A DNA stretch of 64,000 nucleotides from Pecten maximus (GCF_902652985.1 NC_047017.1:37386001-37450000), one strand, 5' to 3'; positions 13,171 through 27,489 are shown, counted from the stretch's first letter. Numbers and translations: made by a program. The notes: generated from the sequence alone by a model not told the origin.

Positions 13171-15277
13171 AAAACATCAATCAGAGGTCAGAGGTACCAG
13201 GATGTGTGTATTGGTTACAAATGTTCAGATCAATTCTATTATTAAGAAATAAACAAACATCATTTATCTATATATGTTAGTTTTCAGGCCCTGTGATTCA
13301 AGTGACTATGACCAAAAACATACCGAATTTCTCACTATTATAGCATTTGCCAGTTTTTATGAGAAGCTAGTTTTGTTACTTTGTGCATTAGGTGTCCACC
13401 ATTGTGTGAAATAGATAGCTGTCCATTGTGTTTTCCTGGTAACATCTGTGTAGTGGATATCAAATGAATGATGTAGCGGTATAACTAGTGTTACTACAGA
13501 CAAGATGTTCACCCATGATCCAGTACAGCTGGACACACCTTTAAAACCTAGCAAAACTCTGAACATGGTCCAGGTACTTTTATTTGCATAATTATGTTTC
13601 TTTGATTTGGAATTACAGGTTTCTGAAGTTTGATACATATGTATAAAAAATATTGTACAATTTGGCAATTTACAGGACTGCTGATCTGGAAGAATTTCTG
13701 TAGGACTGGAATGTACAGAGAATACAATAGGTATGTTATAATGATATGTGAAGGTAACGGGCCAAAATTACCTGAGTAGAATCCTTAACCAGTGTTAAGA
13801 GTTGTTCACTAGAATATTGTAGGGAGAGCAATTATTATAGCAAGAGAAACTTTCAATTTATAAGATATCAACGGTCATGACACTATACTGTGCTTTTTAA
13901 TTTTTACTTCTTGATCAATAAATATTTTAACCCCCCAAAAAAAGAAGAAATTAGATATCAAGTCTGAATTTTTTAGGGATTTCCATTTTAGTTTCACAAA
14001 AAATTGTGTAGACTATTCTCCGGCACATAAGCAAGCTTACAGCACGCCCAATAAGCCAATGCATGAGTATATTATTTTCATAATATGATAGTTTCAAAAT
14101 ATTTGTTTATCTTACTTACAATGTTATGGGAATCAAATGTAATTATTTCTCTGCTTTTTAAAACCACATCTTATGCACATGTATAATCTAATATAACCAA
14201 AATAACTAAGTATGATAGTTTTCTTTTTATATTCCTATCAAAAATTAACAAGGCAATTACATATTATCATATTATTGACATTGTCCATCCATTGATGATC
14301 CTGTTGGTAAACGCTATCATCATTATTATATATTTTTTGTTTTGCTTGGCAGCAGTTGGATTTTAGTATTATTTTAAGGAGTTTTATCCCTTTATCTTTT
14401 TATAACTATAGCAGTATAACTCATCAAGGAGATGGAGAAAGGAAAGCAACTCATATATACTATTTTCCTTGCGACATTGCAAAGTCACCTATTCGAGCTA
14501 CCTCATTGGTTGATAAAAATGGTACCTCATCTGTCAAATTGCACATTTTTAGATTCATATTTTTTAATTGGCAACAAGGAAGTGAAATTGTTTTTATATT
14601 TGAGACTAAGAATGGAAGTAGAATACTTCAGATTGGTTCTTGCATCAACTCTTTTGATGTCGTCGAAGTTTACCCCAAGAAGGATGAAAGAAGACAAGAT
14701 ATGAAAATGCAAAAATGTTAGTGTTGGTTGAATTGGTCAAAGTGATTATGAGGTGAAACGTAGTTCATTTCTACAACAGAGATTGCAATAGTAATAAAGC
14801 ATGGTTTAAAGCAGTTGATGGTGGAATTCTAGTAATATGTGACATGAATGTGTGTTGGAAAATAATCACCAAAACAGACAATGTAGGCCCTTTTATCAGT
14901 TACAAACAATGTAGGCCCTTTAATCAGTTACAAACAATGAATTTCTGAGACAATCTGGGATCGGGCAAGCATGCTTGTATTTTGTTGTTTTGGAAAATGT
15001 CAATGCAGTTGTTTTGCTGAAATGAATTCAAGGTGGGAGTATTGACATGGAATTAGTCATTGCTTTTATCGTATGGTCTGCTGAAAGAAGGATTTTCCTC
15101 GACAAGACTGCAGATCATGTCTTCATATCCCCACTCACCTACACACATTTCCTCCTTGTGCAACACATTGCATCCAACACATCCCATGTCACTAGTTCTT
15201 AAGTATTAAGATGCAACATGAATCTATATTTCATAAAGGAAAAACAGACCAGTTATTGCTTTGACCAGACAACAAGG

Positions 15278-18200
15278 ATGGAAAAGGGCTCGTCTTATAT
15301 ACTGAATGACTACTTATCAGGAGCCATTGCAGGTAGTGAACATATACATAATTCTGTGTTAGTAGATATTTTGTACTTGATATAACAGTGACTTGAGTTT
15401 CTCTATATCCTGATTCAGAAGTGAATTCTCCATATAATTAACAATATGCTTTAGGTGAATGGTACTGTAGTATCACAGATTGTTCCACTTCCCTTACCTG
15501 GTTTATCAATTCTCCCTTAAATAAGGAAGATAAAGTAGGTGCTTTACATACCTCAATATTTGATACTTCATTTTTGAAAGTCTAATTCCAATTTCCACTA
15601 GTAACTCAGATAATTTTGTTGTGATGGTTATGGAAATTTACTGAGTTTCACCCCAGAAATTGTGTTTTAATTGTTAAATTTTGCGTTACCATTAGATTGA
15701 AACCACTTTAATTGTGTGAATTACTCCAAAATACATTTATAAGAAATAACACACACACATAATAGTGCCATTTGACTGTACTCCCTGTCTTAAATCCAAC
15801 AGTGTATATATCACATAGGTATGCTGATGAAGTTTCATAATTCTTGTGTTACTTATGTACAAGTTATAGTGGACATGTTCTCTGTAAACTCTAATACCTC
15901 AACTACAGGTAAACTCTAATACCTCAACTACAGGTAAACTCTAATACCTCAGCTACAGGTAAACTCTAATAGCTCTGCTACAGGTAAACTCTAATACCTC
16001 AGCTACAGGTAAACTCTATTACCTCAGCTACAGGTAAACTCTAATACCTCAGCTACAGGTAAACTCTAATACCTCAGCTACAGGTAAACTCTAATAGCTC
16101 TGCTACAGGTAAACTCTAATAGCTCTGCTACAGGTAAACACTAATACCTCAGCTACAGGTAAACTCTAATACCTCAGCTACAGGTAAACTCTAATACCTC
16201 AACTACAGGTAAACTCTAATACCTCGGCTACAGGTAAACTCTAATACCTCTACTACAGGTAAACACTAATACCTCAGCTACAGGTAAACTCTAATACCTT
16301 AGCTACAGGTAAACTCTAATACCTCTGCTACAGGTAAACTCTAATACCTCAGCTACAGGTAAATTTAATACCTCGGCTACAGGTAAACTCTAATACCCCA
16401 ACTACAGGTAAACTCTTATACCTCAGCTACAGGTAAACACTAATACCCCAACTACAGGTAAACTTTAAAACTTCTGCTACAGGTAAACTTTAATACCTCT
16501 GCTACGGGAAAACTAAAGTATCTGCTAGGAAAAATCTTAACATAACTGCTACAGATAATTGATAATCTGTAGCATATCTGTTAGAGGTAAACTCTAATAT
16601 CTCTTCTACAGCTAAACTCTAACATATCTGCTACAGGAAAACTCTTACATCTCATATCTGCCATAGGTAATTCCAGTATATCTGCTACATGTAACTTTAA
16701 TGTCACTGCCACAGGTAAACTCTTAATCTGTCTGCCACAGCTAAACTCTTAATCTCTGCCACAGCTAAACTCTTAATCTCTGCCACAGCTAAACTCTTAA
16801 TCTATCTGCCACAGGTAAACTCTTAATCTATTCGCCACAGGTAAACTCTTAATCTATCTGCCACAGGTAAACTCTTAATCTGTCTGCCACAGGTAAACTC
16901 TTAATCTATCTGCCACAGGTAAACTCTTAATCTATCTGCCACAGGTAAACTCTTAATCTGTCTGCCACAGCTGAACTCTTAATCTGTCTGCCACAGCTAA
17001 ACTCTTAATCTCTGCCACAGCTAAACTCTTAATCTCTGCCACAGCTAAATAGATATGTTTTATTTTTCACTGTAGCCTTATATTGTTTTTAATGGATTAT
17101 AAGTCTTGGGTTATTGCTCTGTGCATATATGTCGTTTATTCATGATGAAATGAGAATGCTTTTTCATCTATAGGAATTGGTATATTCGGCAGTTGTGTAT
17201 TTCCAATATTTTAGGTTCTGTAGGAGTAGTTTCTGGTCACCCCTTTGACACTGTTAAGGTAAGCATAATCTAAAATAACAAGTACATGTAGAAATGTATT
17301 CTATATATCATACAAGTATTATTTTGAATGTATAAATTATATATTGGGTGATTTCAACTAGAATGTATTCTATTGCCCTATACATTATCATATTACAGAA
17401 GAATCTAATGTATCTGAATTAACAATTATCTGTAATGCTAGTATGTCCCCACAAACAATAAGATTACCTTATGATGTTATGTTGTGGTATTATCATATTT
17501 GATACCTTCATGTATTACAGACCTTGTATAATATTTTATAACTACAGGTATTACATACCTTTATCATATTTGATAACTACAGGTATTACAGACCTTGTAT
17601 CATATTTGATAACTACAGGTATTACAGACCTTGTATCATATTTGATAACTACAGGTATTACAGACTTTGTATCATATTTGATAACTACAGGTATTACAGA
17701 CCTTGTATCATATTTGATACCTTCATGTACATGTATTACAGACCTTTGTATCATATTTGATAACTACAGTTACTACAGACTTTGTATCATATTTGATAAC
17801 TACAGTTACTACAGACTTTGTATCATATTTGATAACTACAGTTACTACAGACCTTGTATCATATTTGATAACTACAGGCCTAGGTATTACAGACTTTGTA
17901 TCATATTTGATAACTACAGGTATTACATACCTTTATCATATTTGATAACTACAGGTATTACAGACCTTGTATCATATTTGATAACTACAGGTATTACAGA
18001 CCTTGTATCGTATTTGATAACTACAGATATTACAGACCTTGTATCATATTTTATAACTACAGGTATTACAGACTTTATATCATATTTGATAACTACAGGT
18101 ATTACAGACCTTGTATCATATTTTATAACTGCAGATATTACAGACTTTGTATCATATTTTATAACTACAGGTATTACAGACCTTGTATCATATTTGATAA

Positions 18201-20299
18201 CTAAAGGTATTACAGACCTTGTATCATATTTGATAACTACAGGTCCAGTTACAAGTTCAGTCTGCAGAGAACAAGTATAAGTCCTTACTGGATTGTGTGT
18301 CCACAGTGAGAAAACAGAAACTGGTGAGTAAACCTTAACAAAATGGTTGATGACAAATCACTCCTCAGTATATGTAGAGGATGGATCTGTCCGAACTGAA
18401 CTGCAAAAAAAAAAAAAAAAAAATAATTGTGCAGTAAGTTTTTCAATAGAAATAATAATTTCCTGTCAAGTGCTGGTCTGAACCTCTGGTTATTTATTGA
18501 TAATTGATGATCCATGTTTCAGCTAGTCCAAACCTGTTAAAAGAAGTAAGTAATCGAAACAAATAACAAATTTGCATATTTCAGCTTCTGTGATGTTCCT
18601 GTCACAATTTTGAACTGTTCTATTTGCGTACTTTGATGCCATACTAGATTAGTAAGATATTATTTTCACATATTTTTCATAGTCCAAAGGGTTTTTTCGT
18701 GGATTATCCTGGCCCATGTTTTCTGCTGGAGTGATCAACTCGGTGTACTTCGGAGTGTACGGATATACACTGAAAGTACTTGGTGGAAATAAAGAAGAAA
18801 ACAGTACACCTCCATACCTCAAGATACTATTTGCTGGCTGCTTAGGAGGTGTGGTTCAGTTGATCCCAGCATGCCCAGCAGAAGTCATTAAGGTCGTTTT
18901 ACAGTCACAAATACCTCATGGCAACCTCCAAGGAGGTTAGTGTTCAATATATGCTGAATCATATTGAGAGGTATAATATTCTTGTATGTGGTATTAACAT
19001 GTGTGTTCCTTGTGACAAGACATTTCCATTAGTAGTATGTTTTGGACCTGCTGACCTAAAACACTTTATGACTATGTGTTAACTACGAGATAAGGCTTTC
19101 ATATTTGACATGTATGTTTTTGTGACAAGACCTTTCCATTGGTACTACATTTATACATTAATTGACCTGTAGATTTTACCGGGACCTTTGACCTACTTCT
19201 TAAAAATTGGTTCCGAATTTCAACCCACTCTGTGATCTATGTTGTCTTCTGACAATTATTGTGGTCTTTTCTATAGAATCGATTATAAAGAAATAATTCA
19301 AAATACAAATACACTGTATTGCTATATATCTTGAAATTCTTCAAATCTCTATTTCAAGCCATTCTTAAATGATCATTGCTGTTGATTTCAATTCAACAAT
19401 GCAAAATCAAAAACCAGACTATATTCCCGCATTGATGTTGATTTAAACAATAACTATTGTTACAAAGAGCAGGTATATATTCCATAATATCATATCTTAT
19501 TGGCTTAAACAATAACTGTATTATTACAAAGATCCGGTACATACTACATGTACATAATATCATATCTTATTGGCTTAAACAATAACTGTATTGTTACAAA
19601 GAGCAGATATATATTCCATAATATCATGCCTTTTTGGCTTAAACAATAACTGCATTGTTCCCAAGAACAGATATATATTACATAATATCATATCTTATCG
19701 GCTTAAACAATAACTGTATTGTTACAAAGAGCAGATATATATTACATACCGGTAGTATCATATCTTACCAACAACTTCATGATTACCATTATGCCAGTGT
19801 GCCATGCAAAAGAAATCTTCTCTTTTCCTTTATAGCCAAATTTTACAAGGGTCCTTTGGAAGGTGCTGCACACATCTTGAGACTACATGGTTTAAGGGGG
19901 ATGTATCGAGGTCTGCCCACTCAGTGTATCAGGGATGTTCCAGCTAACGGCATTTACTTCCTGACATTTGAGTTTCTAACCTTCAATGGATCAAGCAAGC
20001 TACCTTTTATACCTGCTGCTGTGCAAAATTTTTTCGCGGGTGGTATAGCTGGCGTTCTTAGTTGGATGGCGATTATACCGTTTGATGTGGTGAAAAGTCG
20101 CCTGCAAGCTGACTGTGATAGTAAGCGTTATAAAGGGTTTCTAGATTGTGCCTTGGCTTGCTACAGGCAGGACGGTTTATCAGTGTTTTTTCGGGGTCTC
20201 TCCATGGTGGCTTTGAGAGCATTTCCAGTTAATGCTGTTACATTCATGGTTTATGTTGAAAGTATGAAACTTCTTGGAGAGGAAGTTAGTTATGCTTAA
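15278..20299 (+). CDS. Mitochondrial solute carrier, SLC25A45/47/48/29-like (298 aa)
   Basis: Exons 15278-15332, 17215-17258, 18243-18323, 18683-18935, 19836-20299 total 897 nt with consistent phases. Three carrier signatures PFDTVK, PAEVIK, PFDVVK plus GFFRGL / GMYRGL / VFFRGL and RAFPVNAVTF. Possible 5'UTR exons 10374-10568 and 13676-13730 (low confidence). Confidence 0.92.
15884..17045 (+). repeat. Intronic minisatellite: 25-bp unit grading into related 24/26-bp units
   Basis: GTAAACTCTAATACCTCAGCTACAG x~25 (15884-~16505), a degenerate zone, then GTAAACTCTTAATCTATCTGCCACAG and CTAAACTCTTAATCTCTGCCACAG to 17045. Confidence 0.95.
17490..18242 (+). repeat. 36-bp minisatellite abutting SLC25 exon 3
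   Basis: GTATTACAGACCTTGTATCATATTTGATAACTACAG x~20; the last unit ends at the exon acceptor AG (18241-18242). Confidence 0.95.
19440..19770 (+). repeat. ~60-bp degenerate minisatellite (about 5 copies)
   Basis: Recurrent TTAAACAATAACTGTATTGTTACAAAGAGCAG...CATAATATCATATCTTATTGGC. Confidence 0.85.
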
Positions 20300-20498
20300 T
20301 AGGATATACAATCATATCGGGTCCAGTTATGTTATTATTTCTGACTTCTGTATCCCAATTTCTAGTATGTCTATTGTTCATTTTGGAAAAAATAGATTTT
20401 GCCAGTAAATATCAATGCTTTTATCCAAAATTTGCTGCCAGCAACTTTTCTTTAAAAAAAAAAAATTTGATAGAGCAAAAACGATATCAAAATGGGTA

Positions 20499-21430
20499 TT
20501 TTTAGGTCCCCTCAGACAAAGTTTCAAGAGACCTATTCTAATCGCCTTTTGTCTGTCGTCCTTCGTGCGTCCGTAAACAATTTACATTTTCGACTTCTTC
20601 TCCAAAACCGCTCAATCACATTCAATGAAATTTGGCAGGAAGCTTTTATGGCTAAAGGTCAACCAAAATTGTGAATTATATGGTCCCCACCCCCCAGGGG
20701 TCTGAGGAGTGGGGTCAAAAAGGGTCAAATTGACTAAACCTTCAAAAATCTTCTCTACTCTAAGATATGGTGGAATCAAACACTCTTCATAGATGGAAGG
20801 GTCTTAATTAAGGTGCTTTACCAAAACAGTGAATTTCATGACCCTGGGGTCACACGTTTGCCCCTAGGGAGGGGGTAACTTTACTATAGTTTATATAGGG
20901 AAATCACATTTTTGACTATCATTTGTTTGATTTCTATCAGTATTTATTCGAATTTGGTTCAAATTATCAGCATAGGATGACAGTTTGATGGTATGTATAT
21001 GTTGGCCCTGGTTGACCTCCAGGGGCTGATGGGCGGAGCCAAAAATGGTCAAATTAACTAAAATTTTAAAAATCTTCTTCTTACAACCCAAATAAGCTAG
21101 AATCAAATACTCTTCATAGATGGAAGAGTCTTAAGGTGCTTTACCGAAATTGTAAATTTTATGACCCTGGGGTCTCATGTTTGCCCCTGGGGAGGGGGTA
21201 AACTTTACTATAGTTTATACAAGGAAATCACATTTTTGACTACCTGGGTATCTTTTGTTTGATTTCTATTGGAATTCATTCTAACTTTTTTAACATTATC
21301 AGCATGGGATGACAGCTTAATGGTATGCATATTTTGGCCCTGACTGACCCTTTAGACTGATGAGTGGGGCCAAAAAGGATCATTTAAATTAACTGAAATA
21401 TTTCGAAACTCAGGTGCCTGTCGAGGCGTA
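20499..21430 (+). mobile_element. Helentron/HINE-type element (same family as 33254-34505, opposite orientation)
   Basis: TTTTTAGGTC...GACCTATTCTAATCGCCTTTTGTCTGTCGTC start and an internal ~320-bp duplicated block; reverse-complement match to 33254-34505 along its length. Confidence 0.8.
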
Positions 21431-21464
21431 AAAAAAAATTCAACCATCCTAATTCTCTGTGTTT

Positions 21465-22195
21465 TTACAAGCCTAATTCTCTGTTTAACCAGCCGAATTC
21501 TCTGTTTAACCAGCCTTATTTTCTGTTTAACCAGCCTTATTCTCTGTTTAACCAGCCTAATTCTCTGTTTGTTTTACCAGCCTAATTCTCTGTCTGTTTG
21601 ACCAGCCTTATTCACTGTTTAACCAGCCTAATTCTCTGTTTAACCACCCTAATTCTCTGTTTGTTTAACCAGCCTAATTCTCTGTGTGTTTTACCAGCCT
21701 AATTCTCTGTCTGTTTAACCAGCCTAATTCTGTTTACCCAGCCTAATTCTCTGTTTAACAAGCCTAATTCTCTGTTTAATCAGCCGAATTCTCTGTTTAT
21801 TCAGCCTTATTATCTGTTTAACCAGCCTAATTCTCTGTTTCTTTAACCAGCCTAATTCTCTGTTTCTTTAACCAGCCTAATTCTGTTTACCCAGCCTAAT
21901 TCTCTGTTTAACAAGCCTAATTCTCTGTTTAACCAGCCTAATTCTCTGTTTCTTTAACCAGCCTAATTCTCTGTGTGTTTTACCAGCCTAATTCTCTGTC
22001 TGTTTAACCAGCCTAATTCTGTTTACCCAGCTTAATTCTCTGTTTGTTTAACCAGCCTAATTCTCTGTTTAACCAGCCTAATTTTCTGTGTGTTTAACCA
22101 TCCTAATTCTGTTTACCCAGCCTAATTCTCTGTTTACCCAGCCTAATTCTCTGTTTAACCAGCCTAATTCTCTTGTTAACCAGCCTTATTCTCAA
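21465..22195 (+). repeat. 21/25-bp minisatellite
   Basis: AACCAGCCTAATTCTCTGTTT(GTTT) x~30. Confidence 0.95.
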
Positions 22196-22207
22196 TGGTT
22201 ATGTTTG

Positions 22208-22826
22208 TTTTTAGCTCACCGGTTACGAGTAACCGTGAGCTAATGCTGTCACCTCGGTGTCGGTGTCGGCGTCCCACCCCAAAACTTTAAAGTTTTTGGG
22301 ATCAGTTTTTGGAAAGCTTCTAAGTCCAAAAGAATACACCTCACACCCTTCTAATTTGGTTTATACATTCATTAGAGGTCTAGAAGTAATGTTATGGCAA
22401 AATCATACAGAAAAAAATTGTGATTTTTTCGCATTTTTACCATTTTGTGAACTTAACTTTTTAGCACCAAAATCCACTTTAAAGTTTTTGGGGTAAGTCC
22501 AAAATTATGGTCTCGCACCCTTCTAATTTGGTTTATGCATTCATTAGATGTCCAGGAGTGATGTTATGGCAAAATCATGCAAAACAAAATTGTGATTTTT
22601 TTTGGCATTTTACCATTAAGTGGACTTAATTTTTTTTGGCACAAAAACCCTCTTTAAAGATTTTTGGGGTAAGTTTTGGAAAGTTTGTAAGTCCACACCC
22701 TTCTTATTTGGTTTATACATCCATTAGAGATCTAGGAGCGATATTATGTGACGTACAATTTCAAAATGAAATTGAAATTGAATGCTGCCGCTGGTGAGCT
22801 TTCACAATCATTGATTGCACTTGTTT
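22208..22826 (+). mobile_element. Helentron/HINE-type element
   Basis: TTTTAGCTCACCGGTTACGAGTAACCGTGAGCTA hairpin, (GTGTCG)n microsatellite, internal ~175-200-bp repeats, subterminal GGTGAGCT, 3' hairpin and CTTGTT end. Confidence 0.75.
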
Positions 22827-23459
22827 GTATTACTGTTGGATTATATTTTTGTTTTTCACTTAAAGTCATAGCAGCCAAGTTCTCATTTAAAATGACGGAG
22901 CAATGTTTTGAATATGCACACTATGATTTGGATATGTACACATCCATGTATTTTAGATGAAGATATTTAAACATCTCGATTGAAAAAAAGTTAATTGTTA
23001 TTTATGAGTTTTGTATTTGTCTCAAAATTTACATTTAATTTTACATTATTAAATTATTTCATTATACTGATTTTAGCTATTGCACTTAAATAGAAATTTA
23101 TCTTTAGAAGAATGTTTTACTGATTTGTTTATAATACATTAATATGCCACCATGTAAAACCAAAAATTGAAGTAATAATTATTGTGTATTTGTACAAAAG
23201 GTGATGCACAAACCTCATACCAGACATTAGTTTTGATTTTATCAGGACATATGTAGGTGCAGAGTCTGAACATAACCCCTGGAGTAATGAGGTTTTGTAA
23301 TATATAATGTGTACATCAAGATCCAGTCACCTCTAGCCGAACTGTCCTGCCATTTAGCCAGGGGATGATTTGACTGTTAAGGACCAACTAGTATTCATCA
23401 CATTTTCTCAGTTATGCTTTAATGGTTTGTTCCTTAGTTAAATCTTAGATCCACTAGTC

Positions 23460-24232
23460 TACACATTTATACTTTAACCAGTTTATACTTTTAAGGTTTG
23501 TCCCTCAGTTAAATCATTAAACATTAATTTATACTTTAACCAGTTTATACTTTTAAGGTTAGTCCCTCAATTGAATAGTTAAAACATTTATACTTTAACC
23601 AGTTTATACTTTTAAGGTTTGTCCCTCAGTTAAATTGTTAAACATTTATACTTTAACCGGTATACTTTTAAGGTTTGTCCCTTAATTAAGTCATTAAACA
23701 TTTATACTTTAACCAGTTTATACTTTTAAGGTTTGTCCCTTAATTATTTAAGGTTTGTCCCTCGATTAAATAGTTAAAACATTTATACTTTAACAAGTTT
23801 ATACTTTTAAGGCTAGTCCCTCAATTAAATAGTTAAAACATTTATACTTTAACCAGTTTATACTTTTAAGGTTAGTCCCTCAATTAAATAGTTAAAACAT
23901 TTATACTTTAACCAGTTTATACTTTTAAGGTTAGTCCCTCAATTAAATAGTTAAAACATTTATACTTTAACCAGTTTATACTTTTAAGGTTTGTCCCTCA
24001 GTTAAATTGTTAAACATTTATACTTTAACCGGTATACTTTTAAGGTTTGTCCCTTAATTAAGTCATTAAACATTTATACTTTAACCAATTTATACTTTTA
24101 AGGTTTGTCCCTTAGTTATTTAAGGTTTGTCCCTTAGTTAAATTGTTAAAACAATTATACTTTAACCAGTTTATGCTTTTAAGGTTTGTCCCTTAGTTAA
24201 GTTGTTGGTCCACTAGACTATACATTTATACT
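23460..24232 (+). repeat. ~59-bp AT-rich minisatellite
   Basis: AAACATTTATACTTTAACCAGTTTATACTTTTAAGGTTTGTCCCTCAGTTAAATTGTT x~12. Confidence 0.95.
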
Positions 24233-27200
24233 TTGTAATTAGAAACCCTTTGTTAATTTTTTGTTTATACTTTTTAATTGTTAGTTGACTCTAGTTAAAT
24301 TTAGTTTATAGCTTTAATAGTTAAATTCAGTTAAAACATTAGATAAATTTAGTTTGTCTTTAGGTAATACTCTCCTTTAGAATTTAATGTGAAACAATTT
24401 CTGCATGTTGCAATGATATATAGCCAATAAAATCTGTGTAAAAAGCTGTATCATCAATCTGAAATAGTTATACAAATTTTATAAAATTGTTTTTTAAGTC
24501 AGAATTATTCATATATCATAATATATTATGTGTATACAATCTTTATTGTGTACAGGATATTAACAGTATTTCAATGTTTCATGATCTGCCCACGATAAGC
24601 CAAATATTACTATTCTGAATGTATGATACTTCCAGTATGGTTCATTGGAGTTCTGTATTAAATCTGAAATCCATATCATAATGAATCATGCGCTACATAT
24701 TGTGATGTTTGTAATATAAATGTAGATGTTGTATTGCTATTGTTAAGTTGTGTCAGTATTAGAAAAATCTAATTTCTTTAATTTGTAAGAATTGTTCCTC
24801 AACATTTACTCTTTTTATCTTTTTTTCAACTGATGACAGATAGTCACATGTTAAGTCGCATGCTTAGTTGATTTAATGGTGAAATGCAGGTGTATTTTTA
24901 GCCCAGTATTATTTTTAAATATAGCAGCTGGAGCCATGTCTGGATAGTTTTCTATGCAATAATTAAGAAATACTTTTATTTTCATAAAACTTTGTAATAT
25001 TCATGAACAGATATCGAATATGGCCTTGGGTGACCTTGAAATTTGGCATCCAACTTTTTGTCCATATGTCCTTTGAATGGTCATACAAGGTGGTATTGAT
25101 AACCCACTCCAATTGGATTCTGAGCTTGGTCTAAAATTCAATATGGCTGTCATAAGCTCTCTTGGATTTTTGCATCCAAAGTGTCTGTTGAATGGTTCCA
25201 ACATGATTGTTCTAAAAGAATGTTTTAAAGTTCACAGAACTTGTAACTTATATTTACCGGTGTCAATTCCTAGCAACTTGTGTTCCAACTTTACTTGCAT
25301 TAAGAGCTGCAAGTGGCAATCTTGAATCTATTTCATGGAAATAGGAGATCTTTTGAAGAAATTATCTTTGATGATATTTTTTGTTAGTTTACCATTAATT
25401 TTTACATTATTTACTTGCTACTTAGATTTGTCTATTTTAATACACATACTACATTTTACCAAAGTTTAACTTTCATGCTTTATGCTCAGCCAAATTCATG
25501 CAAATGTACTGATGATTTCTGCACAATATATATTTTGAAGGAATTATCAGATTTCATGTGAAACCTCGATGCCACATCACCTGTAAATGCAATCAGCAGG
25601 GATTTCATCATCCTCGAAAATTTCAGGGATTGCAGTGTACAATCTCTGTGAAGATAATTGAGATGGTTACCCTTCTATTTCAAAGGCGTCATTCCACTCA
25701 ACCTTGTGCGGGTGTGCACTTCTGTGGAACGCCGGTTGCCATTGTTTGTGTCCTCCTTCGTTCTTCATTAAGATGTTTAAATCTGGTAACTTTACACAAG
25801 AGTATAGATGGTATTTGAAGGTATACAACAGCATTAATAGAACTTTGCTTTTACTTAGCTGATGTTCAAATCAAAACTTATCGAGTAATGGAGATTCAGT
25901 TGTTACATGTATAAAAATCTCCATGCCACATCAGTGGAGGAGGTATAACTTATATACTTAGCTCATTTCTCTATTATTTCTTGTTTGAAAGCCGAATTAT
26001 ATTGATTTTGAATACTACACCATACCGGTATGCCCAGTCGCTGTGATTATGAAAACCACAAACAATTCCATATTACATTTATATTCCAGATTGGGAGCTT
26101 TTCTTGTTGCATGTGATTGTGTATAAAATGATTTTGTTATTTACATTTTATTTTCCTGTGTTAAAGAGTAATTGTTACAATACCAAATAATGTTTTCAGA
26201 TACAAAATTTGTGATAATTGCCCTTAAAATGATTTGTGTTGTATGCTTCTTGTTACATGTACCTTGCCTTGATTAAATGACCTTTTAATCTATCTAATAG
26301 ATATTTGTTTCCAATTAAATACACTATGTAATTCATACTTGGATACGTGTTACAATAGGGGGATTTTAAATATATTTTCAGATGGTTTAACAGAGATGAA
26401 TGATCAGCATTGTTAAAAATTTTACTTGTATCCTTTTTCAAAGAAAGGTATGATAAAAAGCTTTCAGATATATTGGTAATGCATATTGTAACATCTATTT
26501 CTTTGGATCATTCAATATGCATTACATTTTTATCTCAATATATACATTGACATTTTTTGTTAACATGTGAGCTATATACCCTGGGTTATCAGTAATGATT
26601 TCTGATATTTATTGTTCCAGTTTTCTATTGAAAGTGGATATTTATACCAAGGTAATCAATCCATGATTTGTTATACAATGTAATGCATAATAAATTGCTA
26701 AACAAACCAGTAAAATATATTTGTAGACAGAATAATGTATTTTAGTACTTTAATAAAGCATTATTAGTTTCTATGCTGTTTTATTTTTATCTCAAGTTCA
26801 TGTCATCTATCTTCCATGAGGAATCGTGGAGTTCCGAATGATTTGGTCCAGGTCAGCAATGACTGCTAGAGGTAGCTGTGCAAAGCACCTTACAAGTTTG
26901 TCTGGCTCTAGCCCAAGTTTCCTCTGGCCCTGCTTCCATACTTGTCACTGGAGCTTCATATTCTAAGCATGGGTTCACCTTGGTAAGGCGGTGTCATGTA
27001 CCAAAAGTATGTCACTTCTACCAATGTTTTGACCTTTGACATTTGAAAGTTTGTTAGGGCTTGATTTCCTGCACTACAATAATTGATCAACAACAAACAT
27101 CAGGGTTTAATATCTCTTTAATAAATATCAAAATGTCTTATAGTAAAAGCACACCCTGCTTCTATTCCATCTTTCTGCCAATCAAAAGATTGCAGCATGT

Positions 27201-27489
27201 TCTGTTTCACAATGTAAGTGAAAGAATCACACATCATTTCAGTAGCTTTCATTGAAATTCCATGATATCCCCTTGACTCGGTTATATCTGTATTCCATCA
27301 CATTTTGTGGTTCAGCGTGTCCAGTAGTAACACAATTGGTTGCCACTTAATCACCCATCCTGTTACAGTAATGATCTGTAACAATGCCTCACCTTCTGTT
27401 CAGACATTTACCTTGACACAGAGCCTGGAGCTATTCGGAAGTGATTTGTTCACCACACATTTTGACTGTGTTTCTAGTAGAGTACTACA

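Noticed and set aside
14356-14721. 121-aa and 90-aa overlapping ORFs
   Set aside because: No recognisable domain or convincing exon chain; possibly a decayed repeat.
17471-18280. 269-aa ORF and overlapping ORFs
   Set aside because: Translation of the 36-bp minisatellite; the real exon at 18243 is in another frame.
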